DNA of 64,000 nt from Enoplolaimus lenunculus. Lineage: Eukaryota. The stretch spans positions 620,001 through 684,000 of the forward strand of contig JASANG010000753.1 of assembly GCA_030248215.1 (NCBI GenBank), in the 5' to 3' direction. Below the pieces are notes generated by a model that did not search any database, was not told the origin of the DNA, and worked only from the letters and a program-made list of their open reading frames with translations. Positions within the stretch are counted from its first letter, which is position 1. Every line of letters starts with the position of its first letter. The position numbers were made by a program, and so were the translations under genes. Shown here piece by piece: positions 50,857-63,600 of this stretch.

Positions 50857-51152
50857 GGCCAATTTTGCTTTGAGGGGCGTAACAATAGTATAAGCATATT
50901 TCTAAGCCTAAGCGTAAGCCCAAGCCCAAGCCCAAGCCTAAGCCTAAGCCTAAGCGTAAGCCTAAGCCTAAGCCTAAGCCTAAGCCAAAGCCTAAGCTTA
51001 AGCCTAAGCCTTAGCCTTAGCCTAAGCCTAAGCCTAAGCCGAAGCGTAAGCCTAAGCCTAAGCCAAAGCCTAAGCCTAAGCCTAAGCCTAAGCCTAAGCC
51101 CAAGCCAAAACCTAAGCCTAAGCCTAAGCCTAATCCTAAACCTAAACCTAAG
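50857..51152. repeat. Interstitial (GCCTAA)n tract of ~40 hexamers within a truncated family-A MITE
   Basis: Left TIR GGCCAATTTTGCTTTGAGGGGCG at 50857, then GCCTAA and variant hexamers at ~50903-51152. No matching right TIR follows. Confidence 0.9.
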
Positions 51153-53178
51153 CGTCCAAATTATTTTGGGTTTAAGCCGTAAACCCAACGCAAACTACAG
51201 GGTTTGAATAATCAATTATTTCTACCATTTGTGAAACTTTATGTCTGCTTGTGTCTCGTGGCACAAGAAGATTATCGATCACATTTGGTATGATAAACAA
51301 GGTTTACCTTAAAACTCATCAACTTTAATTGCGAAACGTGTACAGAGGTGACGTTAGACAAACATTCATATTCAAAGGGGTTTGAGTAAAATTTTGATTT
51401 TTCTGCAATCGAGTTGAGCGGTCGAGAAAAAAATTGTATCACTTGTACACCAGTCAGACCGCTATTCCAGCTCTTTTTTTCTGGTTTGTCCAGAAATTTC
51501 GACAGGGGATCTACTCCCCACAGCCTTGATTTGGGGTACACACCCGTGAATGCATATAAATAGGCATCAGGGGCGTAGCCTAGATTTCATTTCGGCGCAA
51601 CCTCGTAATAAAAGTTCTTTACGAGCGATCGTAGCCAAGAGCGGTTTCAAGGAGACGGCACCGTCTACTCTGGTCACGGTCCTGCAACTGGGATCGAAAC
51701 CAAAATTTTAGGCTACAATAAATGCTAAAATTAGGTTTGGCTTCTTGTTCGCCAACTTTGTTTTACTTATACCCTATGACTTCCCCGTGAAAAATATCTG
51801 CATGCTCCACTAAGCTTAGCGAATTTTATTTGGCTTTTCAAGATCAAGCAAGTTATGCTTGTCTAAGTGCCCTGTTCATAGAACCTAAACGAATTTCGGT
51901 GCAACTTTTCTCTCTATCGCCCGCCGCCCCCCTGTATAATGCCGCTGATATTTAAAACGGAGGGATATTAAAAACATAAAAGATGAAAAATACCAGGTCT
52001 AAAATGAAACCTTTGCACTGTTGTATATTTTGGTTTTTAATAACCGTTTCTGTGATTATTTTTGGTACATAAAGAGGTAACAAAAATAGTATATGTTTAC
52101 AATGTGGTTCTGTTTTTTATTTGGTTAAAAGTTTTGGTATTAATTTTAAAATGTCTCATTTCAAACTATACAGGATGGTAATATATTTGTCATATAAACT
52201 GTGCCGCGATTCAACAATGTACACTGGAAAAAATGATGAGTCAAATTGAGTCTCTCCGAAATAGGCTCTACAATTCTAAAACCCTATTAGTACTAAGTTT
52301 TAACAGAAATTTTTAGTTTTCATGCCTGCTTGGGGGGAGGTAGGCTAGGCGTGAGTGGCGCCCTCTTGGCACCCGCCTAAGTATTTTCAAAGTATAAAGA
52401 AATATCAGCTTAATTAGCTTGCTAAATTTGTTATCTGCTGGATTTATCTGTAAAATTTAATTACTAGGAAACAGCATCAAGATCGAATACAGATTATCTT
52501 ATACAAAACAGTAAGTTGAATTGCAGGCAGATATTTCGAGATAAGCGTAGCCATGTCACCAATTGGTGATGAGGTTTGTAATTTTGCGAAAGTTTAGCCA
52601 AATTTGACTGCTCTTCCGGTTTGTTTTTGAAATATTATTAAACCAAAATAGCTGTATAATCAAAGCAAAGCATTTCCGGCATGTTTGGGTGCCCAAAAAA
52701 TTAATGAGAACAGTTCACATACGTTCACACTGTAAATTCCAGTGAGTTGATTTTAACTTAGACTGAGTTGAATTCATTCAGTTGCCTGAGCTGTGAATTA
52801 GGTTTTTCAAAACTCAGAATTCTCAATTGATTCAAGACATTCTGAGGTAATAATTAATTAACTCGACTGGAATTAAATCAACTCAGAGCGAGTTGATTGA
52901 TGCTTTATGTTAATATTAACTCATGAATAACCAGAAATGACGAATTTTCTCTCTGAGTTGATTAATCAACACATTGGGATTTACTTCCTGTGCAGGTTTC
53001 AAACTTCAACGGTGTGTTTTTCTAGCCAAGTAGCTGTAAAATACGGCCTAAAAAACGTTAACACGAGTTCAAAAAAGCGCCTTTGATGAAATTTACAACC
53101 CTTATACAATAATAGAAATATTTGCTAAAATACGCTTTAAAATTGCTAAATTTCAAAGGCCAAACAGGCAAACTAGTA

Positions 53179-53405
53179 CACTGTTAATTCCAACGAGTTA
53201 ATTAATCAACTCTGACGGAAACAGCAAACTTGTAAGCTCGCTCTGAGTTGAGTTGATTCTCAAAGTGAGTTGAGTTGACTCTGTGGGATTTGACTAAATC
53301 ACAATGAGTTGAATCAACTCAGAATTGTGAGTTCTGATAGTCGTAACTCAGACTGAGTGATTCAACTCATTCTGAGTTAAAATCAGCTCGCTGGAATTTA
53401 CAGTG
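53179..53405. mobile_element. Second CACTG-ended MITE family rich in GAGTTGA/TCAACTC; other copies at ~44580-44745, ~45092-45295, ~45394-45644, ~52728-52992, ~56663-56790, ~57985-58232 and ~59080-59320
   Basis: CACTGT(A/T)AATTCC...GGAATTTACAGTG ends with repeated GAGTTGA motifs. Confidence 0.75.
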
Positions 53406-54222
53406 TTAATCCTCTCATTCTACGATAGAATTCTGAATCCGTCCATTGTTTATCTAACAGCTATTTTTAAGCTATCCTATCTATTTTTTGTGTTGAATAA
53501 ATATTTTTCAAATTTATATAGCATTTTTCAGTTTATATACATATTAATAAACCTTTTTCCACGGAAATAATCATTTTAATATAATGCAATCTCACCCGGT
53601 GCCTGCAGGAATTTTGTCATGGCAACGTTCGCGTTTTGTAGACGTGGATTCGTAGTTTGCAGCCTAAATCAATACACCCTGGACACTGATCTTTGCCTAA
53701 ACAATTGACTCTAAACCATACCTGAATCATTCCTTCAACAACCTGTTTTTCTTTGAACCTGATTTCCTATTTTATACTGTTTAGTACCGGTCGTGCTTTT
53801 GCGCTATAGCTAAGGAACCAAAAAAGTTACCTGGTGTACGCAAATTACTGTGAATTCTGCATTACAACATCAAATAATACAGTCAACGTGACAGCCATAA
53901 ACAAACTTATATTTGACCTATCGCTTACGTATTTGAAGGTCTCCAGTTTTCGTATAAAACAGTACTCGACGAATTTCACCGTATAATTGATCGAGTGTCA
54001 CTTCAAATTAAGCTCCTACCCCCTTTGTCAGCTTTACAGATCTCGCTCGAATACCGTAATCCTTTTCAACTTTGCTCGACATCAACAAACTCGCGTTGTG
54101 AAAAGAAACACAACACCAATTGAAAGCTGAAATCCCGACCACAATATTTCAACTTGGGTTGAGTCCGGTTCATCGTTTGTTTGAATTTAAAAAATTTGGT
54201 GCTTGAAACAGCGGTTGGCGAA

Positions 54223-57200
54223 ATGGCGTTCGGCAACGAAGGCGATGATATTCTACAAAGTTTGAAACAAGACGAAATTGAAGAATTTAAAGAAGCATTT
54301 ATGATGTTCGATAAGGATAACTCAGGCAGCATATCGACTAAAGAGCTTGGGATTGCGATGCGCAGTCTAGGACAAAACCCTACTGAACAGGTATTATTGT
54401 CGCCGTGAACTCCAAGGTCAATGGCAACAACAGAGGGGCGGAACAGTATTATAAGCGTATTCCTGAGCTTAAGCCTAAGCCTAAACGTAAAGAATGTGCA
54501 TTATTCCCAAGCTTAAGCCTAGGCATAAGCCTAAACGTGAAGAATGTGCATTATTCCTAAGCTTAAGCTTAAGCCTAAGCCTAAACGTAAAGAGTGTGCA
54601 CTATTCCTAAGCTTAAGCATAAGCCTAAGGCTAAACGTAAAGAATGTGCATTATTCCTAAGCTGAAGCCTAAGCCTAAGCCTAAACGTAAAGAGTGTGCA
54701 CTATTCCTAAGCCTAAGCGTAAGCTGAAGCCTAAAACCAAGCAAAACATTTAGTCTAAAGCTTAAGCTTAGTCGTTTCTAGTCCCACAGAAAAACGTTCT
54801 ACATGGTGGTCAACTCCAACAAGATCGTAGCCATGCTGAACCTAAAAACGGGGATCTAAAATAATTTTGAAAGGGGTATGCAGTATAACACGCTGCTTAC
54901 AAGCGGTGCTAAAACTTTTCTAGCTGCAAAATCTTTCTAAGGTGTCTGAGCCTTGCTGACCACCCTTTTGCCACGGGCTCGGACTCAAGCATGACGAGCT
55001 TTGTATTACGATGCGCAGTCCAGGACAGAATCCTACGGAACAGGTATTATTGGAACCATGAACTCCAACAAGACCGTAGCCAGCTCAATGTACTAGGAGG
55101 AACCAAAACAATTTCTGGAAAGACATGCAGTCGAAATAACACATATACAAACGGTTCGAACACTTTTCTAGCTTCACAATTTTTCTAAGGGGTCTGAGCC
55201 GCGTTGACTCTCCATCCTCTTGCTACGGGACCGGATTCAATCCAGAGGACGGTCATTGAGTGGCGGTTGAAATAAGTTTTTTTCTAGCAGGACGGATTTC
55301 AAGCATTTGCAGATTCGCCAAAACCAAATTTTTATGTCTACCAATGAATTTGGAACGTTGACATTAATTACATTAATCAAGAGTGCATGATACAAGAGTA
55401 TACAACCCTTGCGGGTTCCGCATGGTACAAAATGTACCCGGCACGCGTTGCGTTTTTAACCCGCCCCCTTATTAAGAGGAGGGTACAACCTGTGCGAACC
55501 GTGACACATTTTGCGTCCGGTAACAGAAACGATCCGCTTATAGTTTAATTTATGGGTTATGCATGTGATAACGACCCCCTCTCTAAATAAGGAGGGTCGG
55601 CCAGAAACGCAACGCCCGGTGGCACATTTTGTAGTATGGATGACCAGCAGAGTTGCATACTCTTTTTAAAGAGTACCATGCACTCTTGTCTTAATTTACT
55701 AAATCTATGGCGTTAAAGTTCACACAGTAAACTTGAAATAGCAACCCACTTTTAATACGTTACTCGTACTCTTTGTGTTTAAGAGTAACTTGAAATTTTT
55801 GTATTTAATCATAACATCTTACAAACTTCCATAAGCCGTTTTACAAAGATATTTGACCCCTCGTAAAATTTCTGAAGGGAAAAAATATCTCAAACAGGCT
55901 TTAGAATAATTTTCTGGATCTTAGACGCCAAACAATCATTTACTTGAGGTTATAGTTTGCCGAACAGGAGTCCTGGCTATTCTCCTGGTGATCTTAAGCA
56001 TATCTGAGAGACAAGTTTAGCACACAGCAGCGGATCGAGAAATTTTTGACGGAAGGATGGGCTATCCAAAGTTGCAATTTTTACTGTATGCTGCATATAA
56101 GCAAATTTTCTGCATGAAAAATGGTAAGGTTCCGTGTCCTTATCGTTTTATAACAAAATAATTTTCGTAGGGTAGCGTATATCCCCCGCTCTCGTTCTGA
56201 AATCGACTAGTGTTAACCAGTGGCGGATCCAGGATCTCAAAATCGGGGGGCGGGGGCAAAATTTCACAGCTAATAAACTTACTTTTGACCCATACACAAA
56301 CGACGAACTATTATCACAAAATTGTTATATAATTTTTGTCGAGATGCTGTTGGGGGGGGCACGGCCGGGGTGGCCCCCCATGGATCCGCCATTGGTGTTA
56401 ACGCCTGAAACATGGTCACTTTAAGGACGTTGCGGTTGAAAATTTCAGGAATTACTTGAGCTTGTCAATGAAGTCGATATCGATGGAAGTGGCTCAATTG
56501 AATTCACAGAATTTTGCATTATGATGAAAAGGTTAATGAAAGACACCGACTCCGAAATGATCCGTGAAGCATTTCGAGTGTTCGACAAAGACGGAAACGG
56601 GTTTATCACTGCACAAGAGTTTAAGTACGGTTGCGCGTTGAATCTGCGTTAAATTGCAGCTCGCTGTAAAATTTCAATGAGTTGATTTTAACTCAGAATG
56701 GAGTAGCGTCACTCTCAGTCAAAGTTATGACTATCAGAACTCAGAATTCTGATTCAATTCCACTACTCATTCTGAGTAGTAAATTAATCAAATCTTATGT
56801 TTGGATCTGACAGTGTCAAATTCGGACAAGTAGCCAAAAAAGGCGCCAAGGTTCACCTGTCCCGTGAAGAATTTTGGCCTTTTTACAAAAGTCGTGTCCC
56901 TTGCTTCTGAATACTGCGATATCCCTGCATGCTGCATGTGTATTTTTTCGCCTCCAGAATATGTTGCGCTGTCTGCGAGCCTGTGATTAAATTCAAAAGA
57001 CATTTAAATAAACAGTTTTCTTTGATTTCGTCTTAAATGTTAGCTTAAATTCCACAAAAAATCATCTGAAAATTACTATTCCAACGGGCGACGGACGGCA
57101 CCGGACGACAAGTATAGCGCAACCCTTGAATTTACACTCATTCTTACGTTGACCCTTTAGCTTTGGCTTATATATGAATTCAAGAAAACGACGTTTTCGG

Positions 57201-57655
57201 CTTTAAAACTATTAAATTGGTCGATGTTTTGATTAGAATAATTAGATCGAAACAAATGGTACAAGACATATATGCTAACTGTTTGTAAGCATGCGAGACA
57301 TGCTTTTCCACTCTAGCCCGCTTTTCCAGCTGCTTGGTAGAAACGTGTGATGTCCTTGGTTCCTACCTAGACTGACACTGTTCAACACATTCTCTACATC
57401 ACTTGATAATTTTAAAATTTCGGCAACGTTATAAACTTTCACAGATATTTCTCTGTATCAAAAACCGAATAAAAATCGGCGTTTTTCAAAAATTCAAATT
57501 TGAGCGTGAAATCAATGAATCATTTCAGATATTTTATGACCAATATGGGAATGCAGCTTAACGAAGAAGAAGTCGACGAAATGATCCATGAAGTAGACGT
57601 TGACGGCGATGGACAAATTGATTACGAAGAATTTGTTAATATGATGACATCATGA
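54223..57655 (+). CDS. cal-1: Calmodulin-like EF-hand protein, nematode CAL-1 type. Exons 54223-54390, 56449-56624, 57529-57655
   Basis: [104 protein letters not shown]...[21 protein letters not shown]. Four EF hands; [18 protein letters not shown] and TAQEF match CAL-1 rather than canonical calmodulin. Confidence 0.92.
54416..54811. mobile_element. Telomeric-repeat MITE (family B) with an internally expanded ~45-50-bp tandem unit
   Basis: Perfect 8-bp TSD AACTCCAA (54408-54415, 54812-54819). About five copies of GCCTAAACGTAAAGA(A/G)TGTGCA(T/C)TATTCCTAA plus GCCTAA hexamers. Confidence 0.88.
55378..55688. mobile_element. Palindromic TIR MITE, superfamily uncertain
   Basis: CAAGAGTGCATG / CATGCACTCTTG ends with extended imperfect internal symmetry. 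Confidence 0.65.
56218..56394. mobile_element. hAT-like MITE
   Basis: TIRs CAGTGGCGGATCCA / TGGATCCGCCATTG; perfect 8-bp TSD GTGTTAAC. Confidence 0.88.
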
Positions 57656-59942
57656 AGCTTTATTATGACGTCATGTACTCTTTTATGACGTGGCCTTGCG
57701 GTAGGATCGCCGCTCGGATACTCATAGCCATAGACGTACAAGCTAGGGGTTGACGAAGCGTTAAGGCGCTCGAAGGATTTCGATACTTTAGTTATTTTTG
57801 CTCACTGACGAAAAATTTTGGGGCGTTGACCGAATTTCTCTTCGGCAAATGATTTTCAACCCCTTTTGAATATTAAATCTTGCTTGTATGTTTATGCTTG
57901 AAGTTCCATGTGAAAAATATTCTTTTTTAAACGCCGCTCTGCCTCGCAGGCAGGCGTTGTGTCGGCTGGATTAACTTTAGCGCACACTGTAAATTCCGTT
58001 GATTAATCAACTCAGAGAGATAACTGGTTATATTTTTGGTTGTTTCTGAGGTAATAGCAATAAGTATTAACTCACTCTGAGCTTATTTAATTCCGGCTGA
58101 GTTGATTAATTAACTCATAATGAGCCAATCCAATTCAGAATTGTGAGTTCTGGAATACCTAATTCAGAGCTCACGTTTCTGAGTGGATTCATCTCATTCT
58201 GAGTTAAAATCAACTCAATGGAATTTACAGTGCATATATTCTCAAATGCGCATAGCACCGAACACCGGTTAGTGGTAACAGGTGCTGAATGTCAAAGATC
58301 GCATTTCACTGATGCGAAAGTTGCAAGACCTGTCACCAACTGGCAATTAGTGCTATACACATTTGAAAATACGAGTCAAGGTAAGCAGTGTCCTGTTCCT
58401 TAACCTAATGTTGGTTTAACAACGCTAGGATCTAACAATTAAGCTTAACGTTACAAGTATAGCCTGAACCTAAACGGGCCCGTATAGCCAATGGAGGCAA
58501 GGAGTACTGAGCCCTCCTGGAAAAAATTTTGACCTACCTATAAAATTTTGCATCCTTGCTTGAAAGTCGTTCAAAACACTTGTATGCGCCTCTAGAAACC
58601 TTTTTAGCCCCTCTAGCAAGATACGCTAGCTACTTGCGTGAATCTAAAGAAACGTAAGCCTAATTCTAATCCTAAAAGTTATATCAAAACCTGAAAACTA
58701 GGAAAATTTATGAAGAGAAAAGTTTTTTACAACAGCTGAACCGTAAAACGTAGGTTTTAGACATTGAGACAAGTTTCAGATTTAAAATTGAAAATTTTTG
58801 CTGAATATGCTTTTGATCGTTCAACTCAATCTGTGAATAGACCAGTGTGTACATTCTCTATGTTTAATATATTATTAAACTTTAATACATTAACTTTTTT
58901 TAAACTGGGACTAATTATAATCAACGCCTGTGCCGTCGAGGTATTTATTCGCCCACGCCTTCAAAACGGCCGTATGGACGAGTGGTTTAAAAATGAAATT
59001 TCATTGACAAACATATTTTGACACTTGTTTTTCATCAGCTGTTTGATTCGTATGTTAAACACTTTCTCACTAAAGCCTACACTGTAAAATTCCGATGAAT
59101 TGATTAACCAACTCAGAGAGAGAATTAGTTATTTCTGGTTATTTCTGAGTTAATAACAGTAACCATTACCTCACTCGGAGCTGATTTAATTCCAGGTTAG
59201 TTGATTAATGAACTCAGAATGAGTTCAATAAATTCACAATTCTGAATTCTGAACGGCCTAATTCAGAGCTCAGACCTCTGAGTGGTTTCAACACGTTCTG
59301 AGGTAAATTAAACTCACTGAAATAAGTTCAAGCCTTAATAATAGCCTAAACCTAAAGCGTAAGCCTGAGCATAAGCCGACCAATGTAACCAGCTGGGGTG
59401 GAACAGTATTATACGCAATTCCTAAGCCTAAGCGTATGAATGAATATATTCCTACACCTAAGCCTAAGCCTAAGCCAAACAAAAAAATTAGTCTAAAGCT
59501 TAAACTTTACTCTATACTAATCCCACATAAACCCGTTCCGCCCCTGATCTTTTTACATTAGTCCCATAAGCCTAACCGTACTAAGCGTAACGCTGGCTAC
59601 CGAAAAAAAAGTTACAAAAAAACATTTTTTTTGTATTTTTTGAGGTTGATTTTGAGTAAACTTAAAAAAACGAAATGCGACATTGATGACCGGACCATAC
59701 ACGCGACAATGTTTCGTAAAACGAAAAAAAATGTTGCAAAATCAAACGCTAAAAAAATATTACTTAAAAGATAAAACAACAATTAAATGGTAATTTTTTG
59801 AATATTTTTAAAACATGAAGTGGTCAAGCGTAATTAATGACGATAATTTTTGTTGGGAAACAGTGTTTTTTTACACATTTTTCAAACAGTCACGTGGCAA
59901 GAAAATTGTTCAAAACTGACATATTAAACATATTATGATTTT

Positions 59943-60131
59943 GGCCAAAATGTTACTTTAAGGGGCGTCCAGGTTTCTGGAGGGTTAATTGAAGAGTAGG
60001 TTTAAATTCGAGATTACATTTTGTTTTGCTTAGGCTTAGGTTTAGGCTTAGGAAATCATTTTTGCTACGCTTAGGCTTAGGCTTAGGAATACGCTTAATC
60101 TACTGTTGCGCCCCTAAAAGTAACGTTGGCC
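59943..60131. mobile_element. Telomeric-repeat MITE (family A); partial relatives at ~11850-12025, ~35000-35114 and ~35396-35570
   Basis: TIRs GGCCAAAATGTTACTTTAAGGGGCG / CGCCCCTAAAAGTAACGTTGGCC; perfect 8-bp TSD ATGATTTT; internal TTAGGC repeats. Confidence 0.9.
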
Positions 60132-60390
60132 ATGATTTTTATGAAGTCATATTTCTATATTTCAAACAAAGATTTTTTGGGTTTTTAATCTTTTTATACT
60201 TTGGCTTTCATGGACAAACACCGGTACAGAACCAGACTAACTTTACTTTACAGGTAGGGCTAATGCGTTGATCAAGGCAGTATAATAGTGGTACTCGCAT
60301 ATTCCTAAGCCTAAACCTAAGCATCAGTGTAAGGATCAGCTTTTAACTTTAAAGTCTAAGTCGTATCAAACAAAAAATAGTCAAGCTTAA

Positions 60391-60648
60391 CCCCTTCTCA
60401 CATTTAGTTGCCTATAGGCAACACAGCGCAGTGTATATACGTTAGTGTATATCGCACCGTGTTTAACAATTGCAACACGTATACATAGTACTAAATCACC
60501 ACAAGACGTGAAAGCCCCCTCGGGTTCGAGCGTCAAGCTCCTATAGCTGAGTGGTGATGGTATACGCCTCCCACTCCAGTCACTGGAGTTCGAATCCTAG
60601 CATAAAAGTTGGTCTCAAGGGAAATGAAAATATTCATGTGAGAAAGGG
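60391..60648. mobile_element. piggyBac-like MITE with tRNA-like segment, copy 3, inserted into a telomeric-type MITE
   Basis: TTAA|CCCCTTCTCACAT...ATGTGAGAAAGGG|TTAA. Both flanks resemble the GCTTAA-containing core of family B. Confidence 0.85.
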
Positions 60649-63600
60649 TTAAAACCTAAATACTCTATTACAGACAGTCCGAGCAAAAAATGGCTCGCTC
60701 GTTTCATCGGCCCATGTAAAGAATGGGACGAAACGTTTTTCTGTGAGTTTGCAACAGAATAAGTTTAAGCTTTAGGCTACTTTTTGCGTAGGCTTAGGCA
60801 TAGGCTTACTCGTGAGCTAATTCTTACGTTAAATTTTAGCTTAGACATACGCTTAAGAACGTGATGCTATTGTTACTGCCCTGTTTTATACATTGACCCG
60901 CCCCTCAAAATATCATGAGCCCAAACAACTTCTCCACAACAATGCCAATTTAGAGAGAAAAGCGACACCCGAAAACTGGATATATTCTTTCTGAACCTAT
61001 GCTTAACCTGAGCCTAAGTTTGAAACTAAGTCAAGCATAACACTACCCTGAGCCAATTTTATTTTTTAATTCATTACGCGTACTGTAGTGACACGAATAA
61101 GAAAGGGGGGACTGATATTTACTTGGCCTCTCCAGAGGGTACCCCCCTTGTTATTCGGTTACGGACTGTTATTTATTTTTAACCAGCCATCCGCCGCCCT
61201 TCGTTACTGGTATATGTACGGTATTGCAACTATCCGTCGAATGAAACCTTTGTTTGTCTTGTGTCAATAGCTTGACCGATAACGCAAGGTTATACTTAAG
61301 AATGTACTTTCAAAACTAAGTATGCTTTAAAGTTTCGAACGGTAGAATAAGGGATAATTGACATTTATGGACTCTAATTTTGATTTATGGACTCTATCTG
61401 CTTACGGACTCTTATTAAGGATACAGACTCCTATTAATTGGGACTCAACATGGGGACCCTCTTATTACCCCCTCGCAAAAAGTACCAAATAAAGACTTAG
61501 GCAGACATAGGGACAGGCTCTCGTTTTAGGGCCGTCCCGGTATCTGATGGTTCTGTAAAAGAGTACACTTCTAGTTATATCTAGCTGAATTGCACATTTT
61601 GCTATGAAGTAACATTCTGAATTCATATTTGATAGGGGGGCGGTATCACATTTTTTACAGCGAACAGGTAGGGAAATAAGAAATAATGGCCAAACAGTTT
61701 TCATATTTTTTGTTAACTTATAATTTGTTGCCGACATAGGCGGTCACCAGGATGCGGCCGGATGTGAAAAAAACCGAAGCCGGAAGCCCGAGGCGGATCC
61801 AAACATTTCTGATGGAGGGCGGGGGCGGGCTGGCAAATATTAGAAACGCAAAAATTGCTACGGGAAAAATTGTAAAAAATTGCAAGGTAGGGATTTTAAT
61901 ATTTTATTGCAAAAAATTCCGTTTGATAATTTGTAAAAACTGTAAGGTAGGTAGAGACCTTAGCATTTTAACATAAAAAATTTTTGGTCGGGGGACGTAC
62001 GCCCCTCGCCCCCCCCTAGACCGCTAGTGGTGCCGGAAGCCAGCCAACATTTTTTACCGGAGCTGGAGTCGTAGGTAATGCAATATTACAGAAACATCCT
62101 TTTTGGCCAAACCGAAACCTAAATCATAACCACTGAAAATATCAGTATGGGATTCAGAAATTTTTGAAAGGGAACCAAGATAAAGTAGTTGGAAAAAGCT
62201 TGTGAGTGAAGCGAGCAAGAAGCCAAACCAAGTTTCAGTGCTAAACTTTAATACAAAATCAGGGTTTTGATTTGCTGTGGCGGGCCCTGTGGATGGTTCG
62301 TCTTGGATACGCCAGTGGGAAATATAATCTTATTACGTGTCTGTCTCCTGGTCGCCGTGATTATTCGACGGTGGGCGCCACGATCGAGGGTGCCACCAGA
62401 ATGGTGGTTAGTATGCGCAGGTAGGACCTGTTGCTATATGTACAAGGTAAGTGTATGCAAACCATAGATTACCATACATGTGCGCATATCTCAGTATAAG
62501 CCAGATCGTTTTCCAGCGGATCTGTATTTAATAGAATCAGTTTAAAGTTTAGACTGTTTTTTGCTTAGGCTTAAGCTTAGGCTTTGGCTTAGGAATATGC
62601 TTATACTACTGTTCCGACCCTGTTCTGTATATGGGCCCCGTTGGTTATATTGTCCGGTAGTCAAGGATTTGATTTTAATCTTTATCATAAAATTGACAGT
62701 GGTAATTTACTCAAATTTATGAACTTGAAACGTCAGGAATGGGTATTTATTCAAAAATAAACGAAAAAATTTTCAGTCAAAAATATATTTGCGTCACACT
62801 GTTTCCTTATACTGAATTAACCCCCCCTCCTCAATCTTTTTTTTTCGTCAAATGTCAGCAGATAAAATTTTCAAAAAAAAAACGGGGGGAATCTTAAATA
62901 TAAAATCTTTGAAATGGATGATGACCTTATATGATCTAATTTCAGTTGCACACGACGAATATATTTACAAGTTTAGTGACACGTTCTTTAATTTTGAATC
63001 AAATTTTATGATTTATTTTAATTTGCTGCATTATTTTAAAGGTTAATTTTGTTTAATAAATTTTGATTAATATTTTGACGAGGGTCGTGAAGTGGTCAGT
63101 GAACAAAGAGTAACCTGGGTGAAAAAAATGCCTGCCCTGAGCTCTGCAGTTTGTGTCTGTGGAGTCAGGATTTAATTTATGGTTGATTTGGCCCATGTAT
63201 AGAACAGGGCTGTATGGTTTTCCGGCGGGGTGTAATAGAGTCAGTTTAAGCTTTAAACTAACTTTTAGTGTTAGGCTTAAGAACAGACTCATCCTTACGC
63301 TTAGGCTTAGGCTTAGCAATATGCTTATACTACTGTTCCAGCCGTGTTCTATATATACATTGGCCGTTGTTTCGAATTTGAGCAATGGTTTGAGAGTTTG
63401 ATTTTCTGTTTAACTGTGGTTAGCAAAATTTCAATATTTGCTAATTTATCTTTCCATCATACTAACATGCATACACCATGAGCCATATCCTCAACTGCAT
63501 GTAGCACCAATCGTTGGCTTCTATTGGTTCTTCAACAATCGACCTACAGATGTTAAGTTTGCCCGTCAGAATGTAGGACAAATTAAGTTCGGAAAACTTG

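Noticed and set aside
50847..51188. Leu-Arg repeat ORF (similar ones at 46421-46735, 59288-59482, 60026-60271)
   Set aside because: Simple translation of (TTAGGC)n; no evidence of a real gene.
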